DNA of 64,000 nucleotides from Gemmatales bacterium (GTDB lineage: Bacteria; Planctomycetota; Planctomycetia; Gemmatales; HRBIN36). Made by a program: the position numbers and the translations under genes. Below are positions 18,928 through 26,560 of this stretch, in pieces. The notes below the pieces were generated by a model, which made no database searches, was not told where the DNA came from, and saw only the letters and a program-made list of their open reading frames with translations. Each line of letters starts with the position of its first letter. The stretch's first letter is position 1. Location of the stretch: NCBI GenBank assembly GCA_041640595.1, contig JBEPZY010000004.1, forward strand, positions 64,001 to 128,000, written 5' to 3'.

Positions 18928-20445
18928 ATGGCTTACGAATCGTTGCGGGAATTCATTGAGGAACTGGAAGCGGAAGGCGAACTGGTACGGGTGCGGGTCG
19001 AGGTGGACCCGGTCCTGGAAATCAGCGAGATTACGGATCGCATCAGCAAGGCTGGTGGTCCGGCCCTGCTTTTCGAACGGGTGCGTGGTTCCGAATTTCC
19101 GGTAGTAATCAATCTATTTGGTTCGGAGAAACGTACCGCGAAGGCCCTTGGTGTGCGTCGGCTGGACGAACTGGGGGCGCGTTTGGCGGCCCTGCTGAAA
19201 CCGGAGGTACCGGAAACATTCCTCGGGAAAGTCCATAAGGCCCTGGAAATTTTGCCGCAGTTACGCGCTATTCCCCCGAAAATCGTAAACCAGGGGCCGT
19301 GTCAGGAGATTGTCAAGACTGGTACGCAGGTTAACCTTTATCAGTTGCCGGTGCTGCAATGCTGGCCGAAGGATGCAGGCAGGTTTATCACGTTTGGTCA
19401 GGTTTATACCCGCAATCCGGAAACGGGAGAACGCAACGTCGGCTTATACCGTTTGCAACTGCTGGGCCCTAACAAGACGGCCATGCACTGGCATTTGCAC
19501 CACGATGGTTGCCAGCACTACCAGATGTACAAACGTTTAGGAAAACGTATGCCCATCGCGGTGGCTCTGGGTGGCGATCCCGTTTATACCTACATGGCTA
19601 CTGCTCCACTGCCACCAAGCACCGACGAATGTTTGCTGGGTGGTTTTTTGCGTGGCCGACCGGTCGAACTGGTGCCGTGCAAAACCATTGACATGGAAGT
19701 GCCAGCAAGCGCGGAGATAGTGCTGGAAGGATATATTGACCCCACGGAACCGCTGGTTACGGAAGGGCCGTTCGGCGATCACACGGGATTTTATAGTCTG
19801 GCCGACCAGTTCCCCGTTTTCCATGTAACCGCCTTGACGCATCGTGCCAACGCCATTTATCCGACGACTATCGTCGGCAAACCGCCCATGGAAGATTGCT
19901 TCCTCGGCAAAGCAACGGAGCGGCTGTTTTTGCCGTTGGTGAAGCTGTTTATACCCGAGGTGGTGGACTACGACTTACCGTGGTTTGGCGTATTTCATAA
20001 CTTTTGCTTCGTTTCCATTCGCAAGCGCTGGCCGCAACAAGCACGCAAAGTGATGAGTGCCATCTGGAGCCTGGGGCAACTCATGTTCAGCAAGATTATC
20101 GTGGTTGTGGACGAAGACGTGGACGTGCACAATTACGAAGAGGTGTGGTTCCATGTAGGGGCGAATGTACACCCTGGCCGGGATGTGGTGTTTTGCGAAG
20201 GCCCGACGGACATTCTGGATCACGCTGCGCCGGTGTGTGGGGTCGGACACAAAATGGGCATTGACGCCACCCGCAAGTTTCCCGAAGAAGGCCATCCCCG
20301 ACCCTGGCCCGAAGAAATACTCATGGATGATGCCACGGTTGCTAAGGTAACGGCACGCTGGCCCGAATACGGAATCGGCCCGGATCCCGGCCCGGTAGGC
20401 AAAGGGCTGGGCCCGTATCTGCGAAAAATCGGCAAGGGGCGATGA
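18928..20445 (+). CDS. UbiD-family prFMN-dependent decarboxylase (menaquinone biosynthesis type)
   Basis: GERNVGLYR, EGPFGDHTGFY, GKPPMED, KMGIDAT; GAAGGAG RBS. Confidence 0.93.
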   Translation: MAYESLREFIEELEAEGELVRVRVEVDPVLEISEITDRISKAGGPALLFERVRGSEFPVVINLFGSEKRTAKALGVRRLDELGARLAALLKPEVPETFLGKVHKALEILPQLRAIPPKIVNQGPCQEIVKTGTQVNLYQLPVLQCWPKDAGRFITFGQVYTRNPETGERNVGLYRLQLLGPNKTAMHWHLHHDGCQHYQMYKRLGKRMPIAVALGGDPVYTYMATAPLPPSTDECLLGGFLRGRPVELVPCKTIDMEVPASAEIVLEGYIDPTEPLVTEGPFGDHTGFYSLADQFPVFHVTALTHRANAIYPTTIVGKPPMEDCFLGKATERLFLPLVKLFIPEVVDYDLPWFGVFHNFCFVSIRKRWPQQARKVMSAIWSLGQLMFSKIIVVVDEDVDVHNYEEVWFHVGANVHPGRDVVFCEGPTDILDHAAPVCGVGHKMGIDATRKFPEEGHPRPWPEEILMDDATVAKVTARWPEYGIGPDPGPVGKGLGPYLRKIGKGR

Positions 20446-20476
20446 CAAATCGCGCGGCTGAGTCATTTCCAATGCC

Positions 20477-21199
20477 ATGATGAGCACCACGACAATTGAC
20501 AAGAGTGCAAGCCGAATTCGCGGCATGTTCGGTGCCATCGCGCCGACTTACGATTTGCTGAACCATTTGCTCAGTTGCAATGTGGATCGTTACTGGCGGT
20601 GGAAAACCACGCAATTAGTTCCGCCGGACGCTGGAATACCCGTCCTCGATGTGTGTACAGGTACGGGAGATTTAGCCCTGGCTTACTGGCGACGCGGTCG
20701 CGGACAGGTGCCGGTGATTGGAGCCGATTTTTGCGGCGATATGCTCGCCCTGGCGCGTCGCAAAGCAGCCCGGTTAGGCGCCCGCAATGTTGCGTTTGTC
20801 CAGGCCGATGCGCAACGGCTGCCGTTTGCCGACAATTATTTCCAGATCGTCAGCGTAGCCTTCGGCCTGCGCAACATCAGCGATTACCAACAAGGTCTGG
20901 CAGAAATGGTGCGGGTGGTGCAGCCAGGTGGCCGGGTTGTTATTCTCGAATTCTCACGCCCCAGTCAATCCCTGGCCGGACGGCTATACCGCTGGTATTT
21001 TCGGCGTTTGCTCCCGTGTATCGGACAGCTACTGTCGGGCACCCGGGCGTATTATTACCTGCCAGCCAGCGTGCTGGAGTTTCCCGACGGCGAGGCGTTG
21101 GCCAACGTTTTGAGGCAGATGGGCCTGGTAAACGTCTGGTATCGGCCGTTCGCTTTCCGCATTGCCACGCTGTATGTGGGTAGCAAGCCGAAAACTTGA
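20477..21199 (+). CDS. ubiE: UbiE/MenG quinone C-methyltransferase
   Basis: MFGAIAPTYDLLNHLLS, LDVCTGTGD, AFGLRNI, ILEFS. Confidence 0.92.
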   Translation: MMSTTTIDKSASRIRGMFGAIAPTYDLLNHLLSCNVDRYWRWKTTQLVPPDAGIPVLDVCTGTGDLALAYWRRGRGQVPVIGADFCGDMLALARRKAARLGARNVAFVQADAQRLPFADNYFQIVSVAFGLRNISDYQQGLAEMVRVVQPGGRVVILEFSRPSQSLAGRLYRWYFRRLLPCIGQLLSGTRAYYYLPASVLEFPDGEALANVLRQMGLVNVWYRPFAFRIATLYVGSKPKT

Positions 21200-21335
21200 A
21201 GCTAGCGAACGCGGCATGGCAGTGGGTAAGGGCATCCGTGTTCCAGCCACCTATAATCACTGCAACCCGGAACAAGTTTCCGCCAGAGACTGGCATGCGA
21301 CTGCTATCCGGTTCGATGCCCAGGAGACACAAGCG

Positions 21336-21938
21336 ATGACCGCGGTGGTGGATAAACCGAAAGTTACGCCGGAGGATTTGCTCAAGATGCCCAGGGATCG
21401 CCGTTACGAACTCGTGGACGGCGAGCTGGTGGAGAAACCGATGGCTTGGAGTACGGCAGTAGTTACAGCGCATCTGGTCAGATTACTAGGCAACTATTGT
21501 GAGGCACACAAGACTGGGGTCGTGGCGGACTCCAGTGCCAGTTACCGCTGCTTTCCCCATGACCCCGATCGGGTGCGAAAACCCGACATTTCGCTGATCC
21601 TGAGAGAGCGAATAACCCCGGAGTTGCTGGAACCAGGACACATCCGCATTGCTCCCGATCTGGTTGTGGAAGTGGTTTCGCCCAACGACGAAGTGAGTGA
21701 GGTGGACAAACGTGTGCTCGATTACCAGCGTGCCGGTGTTCCGCTGTTATGGGTGGTGCATCCTGAATCGCGTCATGTGGACGTTTATCGGCTGGGCAGG
21801 CGTGGTGAGATTCTGAGCGAACAACACGAACTGACCGGCGAACCGGTGTTGCCAGGCTTTCGCTTACCGGTACGCGAAATTTTCCGCCCTTTAGAGCTGG
21901 TTCCAGTGTCCGAAGCGAAAACCGGTGGCCAGACATAG
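21336..21938 (+). CDS. Uma2-family (DUF820) putative endonuclease, copy 1
   Basis: YELVDGELV, RKPDIS, APDLVVEVVSPND, YQRAGVPLLWVV, EPVLPGF; AGGAG RBS. Confidence 0.93.
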   Translation: MTAVVDKPKVTPEDLLKMPRDRRYELVDGELVEKPMAWSTAVVTAHLVRLLGNYCEAHKTGVVADSSASYRCFPHDPDRVRKPDISLILRERITPELLEPGHIRIAPDLVVEVVSPNDEVSEVDKRVLDYQRAGVPLLWVVHPESRHVDVYRLGRRGEILSEQHELTGEPVLPGFRLPVREIFRPLELVPVSEAKTGGQT

Positions 21939-22531
21939 GCGGCTTTGTCTGTTTCTGCGGAGAGGCATCATGACCGCGGTGGTGGATAAACCGAAAGTTA
22001 CGCCGGAGGATTTGCTCAAGCTGCCCAGGGATCGCCGTTACGAACTCGTGGACGGCGAGCTGGTGGAGAAACCGATGTCGGCAATGGCTGGAGCGGTGTG
22101 TGCTGAGCTGCTCTTCAGACTTGGAACGTTTCTGGAGTCCACTCGGCAGGGAACGCTGTTCAGTGCGGACACCGGTTACCAGTGCTTCGTAAAGTGCCCC
22201 GACAAAGTACGTAAACCGGACATCTCGTTTATCCGAAAGGAACGCATCACGGCTGACTTGTGGGAGCAAGGCTTCATTCGCATTCCGCCCGATCTGGTGG
22301 TAGAAGTGTTATCGCCCAGCGACTCCACATCCGAGACAGAGAGACGGGTGGATGATTATCTTGACGCTGGTGTGCCCCTGGTCTGGGTGGTTCAACCGGA
22401 AACGCGGCGAGTTTACGTCTATCGCCACGGTGGCACAGGCCTGATTTTGCGAGAACAAGACGAACTGACCGGCGAACCTGTGTTGCCAAGCTTTCGCTTA
22501 CCGGTACGCGAAATTTTCCGCCCTTTAGAGC
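21336..22531 (+). repeat. Direct repeats at both ends of the two Uma2 genes (634-bp offset)
   Basis: 21336-21443 vs 21970-22077: 107/108 nt identical; 21819-21897 vs 22453-22531: 76/79 nt identical (manual alignment). Confidence 0.95.
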
Positions 22532-22563
22532 AACTTACGCAACAGCCCTCGCAAACGAAGTGA
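21970..22563 (+). CDS. Uma2-family (DUF820) putative endonuclease, copy 2
   Basis: Same motifs (RKPDIS, PDLVVEVLSPSD, YLDAGVPLVWVV). Confidence 0.93.
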   Translation: MTAVVDKPKVTPEDLLKLPRDRRYELVDGELVEKPMSAMAGAVCAELLFRLGTFLESTRQGTLFSADTGYQCFVKCPDKVRKPDISFIRKERITADLWEQGFIRIPPDLVVEVLSPSDSTSETERRVDDYLDAGVPLVWVVQPETRRVYVYRHGGTGLILREQDELTGEPVLPSFRLPVREIFRPLEQLTQQPSQTK

Positions 22564-22570
22564 ACATTCC

Positions 22571-23593
22571 ATGAGCTCGGAACATCTGCTATTGCGGGCC
22601 TTGCAAGGCAAGCCAGTACCGCGTCCGCCTGTCTGGGCGATGCGGCAAGCGGGGCGCTGGGATCCGAAATTTCGCGAATTGCGGGCAGAACGTGATTTCT
22701 ACAGTTTTGCCACGGATAGCCAGCTCGCGGCACAAGCCTCGTTGCTTCCGGCACGTTTCGGTGTGGATGCGATTATTCTTTTCTACGACATTACCACGCT
22801 GGCCCAGGCTATGGGCGTGGCATTTCAAATGCAGGCAGGCGGTCCTGTGCCTGTCGCGCCCACGACCAGCATGTCTCAGGTTCGCCAGTTGTCTGAGGAA
22901 CCGGACGCTGACCGCTTTGCATCGGTGCTGGATACTTTGAGTGCCGTGCGGCAGGCCTTACAAGATGCCTCTGGTCGGAAGCGGTTACCTATCCTCGTGT
23001 TTGCCGGCGCACCGTTTACGCTGGCGAGCTATTGCCTGGGTACGGGCAAGGACATCACCGCCACCTGTCGCTTCGCAAGAGAAAATCAGGACGTGTTTGC
23101 AGCATTGCTGGACAAGCTGGAGTCGGCAACGATTCATTTTGTCCGCACACTGTTACGGCAGGGTGCGGATGCGTGGCAACTGTTCGACTCCTGGGCCGGG
23201 GGATTACCAGCAGACGATTACGCACGCTGGGCTTTGCCTTACCATCAGCGCATTTTCGCGGCCATCCCCGAGGCTCCCGGAATCCTGTTCGTAAAAGAGT
23301 GTCCTTATCTGGACTGGCTCGTAGCCAGCGGCGCACGTGCTGTCAGTCTGGGTGTTACGCATGACCTGCGAACCGCACGCCAGCGTTACCCCAATGTGGT
23401 GTTTCAGGGGAACGTGGATTCCCGGGTGTTGCGCGATGGCCAACCACTTGATGTCATCGAGGTTGCGCGTGCCTGCGTCCAGGCTGGCGGCAAAAGCAAC
23501 CACATCGTCAACTTGAACCACGGCGTGGATCCGCGTACCCCGGTGGAAAACTTTGCTGCCTTCGTTGCCACCGTACGGGGTTGCGAAAGTTAG
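22571..23593 (+). CDS. hemE: Uroporphyrinogen decarboxylase
   Basis: PPVWAMRQAGR, DAIILFYDI, GAPFTLASY, QLFDSW, NLNHGV. Confidence 0.92.
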   Translation: MSSEHLLLRALQGKPVPRPPVWAMRQAGRWDPKFRELRAERDFYSFATDSQLAAQASLLPARFGVDAIILFYDITTLAQAMGVAFQMQAGGPVPVAPTTSMSQVRQLSEEPDADRFASVLDTLSAVRQALQDASGRKRLPILVFAGAPFTLASYCLGTGKDITATCRFARENQDVFAALLDKLESATIHFVRTLLRQGADAWQLFDSWAGGLPADDYARWALPYHQRIFAAIPEAPGILFVKECPYLDWLVASGARAVSLGVTHDLRTARQRYPNVVFQGNVDSRVLRDGQPLDVIEVARACVQAGGKSNHIVNLNHGVDPRTPVENFAAFVATVRGCES

Positions 23594-23784
23594 TGCTCTT
23601 CCGCAGGTCTTGGCAATTCTTCGTGGTGTTTACACGGCACCGGTTTCCGATTTTTTCGAAGTATCGTCCTGCGCCGGGCGTGAGTGTGTGCTAGACTTGT
23701 TCGGCCTTTGCGTGAGACAACGAAAAAGAGGGTTATGGTGAAAGCGCAACTTTTTGCGCTTCGCTAACTATCGCGGACGCCAAG

Positions 23785-24636
23785 ATGATCGCTATTGTCG
23801 GTGCGGTGGTGGTACTGGCAGCGGTGCTGCTCGGCTTCACCATGGCCGGGGGACACGTTGGCGCGCTGATCCATCCTTCCGAACTTGTGGTGATCGGAGG
23901 CTCGGCTCTGGGTGCGCTGATAATCATGTCCCCCAAACGCGTGCTCGTGGATGTGGCTAAGGGGATCGTGCAGGTCATTAAAGGCTCACCTTACGATAAA
24001 GCCACCTGCATGGAACTGCTGGGGGTGCTCAATGCTTTAGCCCGACTTGCTCGCCGTGACGGCATGCTGGCTCTCGACAGCCACCTTTCCGATCCCGAAA
24101 ACAGCGACATTTTCCGCCAGTATCCAAGAGTGCTTCATAACCATCATTTGCGACAATTCCTGTGCAATGCCCTGAGCCGGATCGTGGATGGTTCTGCCGA
24201 ACCGGAGGCCCTGGAGCAAGAACTGGAAAGCGACATCGCCGTCCTGGAACGCGAACATCACCAGGTGGTTACGGCCCTGGCTAAAACAGCCGACAGTTTG
24301 CCCGGCTTTGGCATCGTAGCGGCAGTGCTGGGCATTGTCATCACCATGCAGGCCATTGATGGGCCGGTGGAAGAGATCGGCCACAAGGTAGGCGCGGCTC
24401 TGGTCGGAACGTTCCTGGGTATCTTGCTCTCCTACGGCTTTCTGACACCGCTGGCCGCACGTCTGGAACTCATTGGGGAACAGGAAACGGTGGTGTTGCG
24501 AGCGGTTATTTTGGCCACCGTGGAACTGGCCAAGGGCGCCAATCCGCGCGAATTGATTTCCCGCGTCAGCCGTGTCCTCAGCAGTGATTGCCGACCCACC
24601 GCCGAGGAACTCAAGCAACTGGTAGGCAGCAGCTAG
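23785..24636 (+). CDS. motA: Flagellar stator A subunit
   Basis: ARRDGMLALD torque loop, LPGFGIVAAVLG, GAALVGTFLGILLSYGF. Confidence 0.95.
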   Translation: MIAIVGAVVVLAAVLLGFTMAGGHVGALIHPSELVVIGGSALGALIIMSPKRVLVDVAKGIVQVIKGSPYDKATCMELLGVLNALARLARRDGMLALDSHLSDPENSDIFRQYPRVLHNHHLRQFLCNALSRIVDGSAEPEALEQELESDIAVLEREHHQVVTALAKTADSLPGFGIVAAVLGIVITMQAIDGPVEEIGHKVGAALVGTFLGILLSYGFLTPLAARLELIGEQETVVLRAVILATVELAKGANPRELISRVSRVLSSDCRPTAEELKQLVGSS

Positions 24637-24646
24637 GAGACCAACG

Positions 24647-25270
24647 GTGGCGGCTAAAGGCGGCGGTCAGTGGAAGGTAGCCTATGCCGATTTCGTAACG
24701 GCCATGATGGCCTTCTTTCTCGTCATGTGGATCACTGCCCAGGATCAGAAAATCAAGCAGGCAGTCGCGCGATATTTCAACAACCCCATGAATTTCGAGT
24801 CCGTTGGACAGTCAACGAAGCCCGACAAAACCGGCTCCGCCTTGCCCATGCCCAGCACCGGACAGGTGCCCTTGCAAGACAGCGTAGCGATGGGGCAAGG
24901 CCGACATTCTTATTCGCAACCAGCTCCCAAAAGTCCTCAAACCAAAGCCGTCGCCGACTGGATCCACTCCAAACAGGACCAGCTGCAGCACTGGCTACGC
25001 GAAGCCGAACGCTCCTACTGGCTGGCAGCCCAATCCCCCGAGGTGCGTCTCAAACGTCGGCCCGTGCGCGAAGTCGCTACTCAGCAGTTGGCGCGTCGCC
25101 TCCGCGAGGAGTTTGCCGATAATATACCCCCGTCGGTTTCCGGTATTTACCAGGACCTGCTCTACTTCTCCCTCAGTGAGGTTAACTGGGCGGAGATCGC
25201 CGAAGACCTTCTCACCCACTGGCAAGGTTCCAATACGGCCAGCCAACTCTTGAACAGCAAAGTGCCGTAA
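24647..25270 (+). CDS. motB: Stator B subunit: MotB TM/plug region with non-OmpA C-terminal domain
   Basis: GGQWKVAYADFVTAMMAFFLVMW with the essential Asp, AGGAG RBS, directly after motA; no OmpA-like motifs. Confidence 0.85.
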   Translation: MAAKGGGQWKVAYADFVTAMMAFFLVMWITAQDQKIKQAVARYFNNPMNFESVGQSTKPDKTGSALPMPSTGQVPLQDSVAMGQGRHSYSQPAPKSPQTKAVADWIHSKQDQLQHWLREAERSYWLAAQSPEVRLKRRPVREVATQQLARRLREEFADNIPPSVSGIYQDLLYFSLSEVNWAEIAEDLLTHWQGSNTASQLLNSKVP

Positions 25271-25720
25271 CTCGTGTGGCGATTTCCCTCGCCTGGTTTA
25301 CTTGCCGAGATTGTGTCGGCTGCTACAAACCCGATATCCGTGCAAGGGCATCGAGCCCAGACGAAAGGGGCTTCAACATCCCCCGCGGCCACAATCCCGC
25401 TATCTGCGCGATGGCACCCCTTGAAGTTACGGGGCTGGCGTTTATGATAAGGGAGCGATGTCGCTGCGACTGAACGCATGGAATCGCAACATTTTTCGCT
25501 CTGCGAGGAACTTTACGACTGCCGCAGCCGGCCAAAATGCCCCTTATCGGGAAGTGCTGCGGTAGTCGCTACCGTCCAGCAATCAGACGACGCACAAATA
25601 ATCGCCTGCCCCAATTTCCCGGTCAAATCAAAACGAAACTTTGGCAGCGTCCGGGCTTTCTCAGACTCCCGGCTCCGCTTAGAATTGCGGCAAACCTCGC
25701 TCGATTGCAAAACCTTGGCC

Positions 25721-25792
25721 TGCCCGGTGGTGTAAATGGTAGCACAAGGGATTTTGGTTCCCTTTGTCCAGGTTCGAATCCTGGCCGGGCAG
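25721..25792 (+). tRNA. tRNA-Gln(TTG)
   Basis: Acceptor TGCCCGG/CCGGGCA, anticodon arm AGGGA-TTTTGGT-TCCCT, T-loop GTTCGAATC. Confidence 0.96.
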
Positions 25793-25820
25793 CTCTGTCA
25801 CGCTTCGTGCCGCCAGCAAC

Positions 25821-25848
25821 AACGCGAAGCTGTTTGCGTTTCTCTTTT
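25821..25848 (+). terminator. Putative intrinsic terminator after tRNA-Gln
   Basis: Hairpin AACGCGAA-GCTG-TTTGCGTT followed by TCTCTTTT. Confidence 0.5.
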
Positions 25849-26286
25849 ACACCATGGTTTCGTCGCAGCCCTGACGGATCGAACTTTTGTTCACCCGATT
25901 TACACGGGAGCAGGACGGCTACCGGGAGCCGTGAGTCGCACGCTGCCAGTCCGAGCTTTCATTTACCCAGTTTCACACCCGCCACACGATCAGTGCTCAG
26001 ACCGTCAAGTTCGCCGGCAACGTGCCCCTGGCATTGATATTGTGAATCCAAGGCCCAACAGCCTCAGTTCTCGTTCGGATACCGTCTAACTCGACAACAT
26101 CGTCGGGCTGGCAGACGAAGGAAACAGTTCCAGTCCCGGTTCAAATCCCCTCGCCGTCGGTCCGGACTGCGACACCAACCCGCAAGGCCACGCCAAAGGA
26201 ATCCGGCACCGACAGCGTTCCGGCTTTTTGCAACGTTCCCTTCAGGATGAGGCACGACTCCGATCGAGGCGTCCGGCGCTGCGGAG

Positions 26287-26359
26287 TGCCCCCAGGGGGA
26301 CTCGAACCCCCGTCTTGGCCTTGAGAGGGCCACGTCCTAGGCCGCTAGACGATGGGGGC
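26287..26359 (-). tRNA. tRNA-Glu(CTC)
   Basis: Reverse complement GCCCCCATCGTCTAGCGGCCTAGGACGTGGCCCTCTCAAGGCCAAGACGGGGGTTCGAGTCCCCCTGGGGGCA folds as a cloverleaf with anticodon CTC. Confidence 0.97.
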
Positions 26360-26560
26360 CTTGCTATGCCGGGCTTCGAATAGCCACTGGAACTTATCTC
26401 GCGGATGCTGGCACGTACTACGGCCGGAGCACCAGTTACCGCGGTCTCCGCCGGTTGTTGCGTTTCAGCTTGTATCACCGAGGCAAAGATTCATCCTTTC
26501 GCCGTGATGGGTCGGCCAGCCCTGCTAATCCGGCCTGCTTTCAAATCAGGGCACGCTATT

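Noticed and set aside
21336..22563. Diversity-generating retroelement explanation for the Uma2 or sulfatase repeats
   Set aside because: No reverse transcriptase in the window, both copies are coding, and differences are not adenine-specific.
26090..26165. tRNA-like fragments (TGGCAGACG, GGTTCAAATCC) between the two tRNAs
   Set aside because: The T-stem pairs only 2 bp and no acceptor or anticodon stem can be built; probably chance.
25721..26359. Integrated element at tRNA-Gln or tRNA-Glu
   Set aside because: No integrase and no duplicated tRNA 3' end noticed; flanking genes are not mobile-element cargo.
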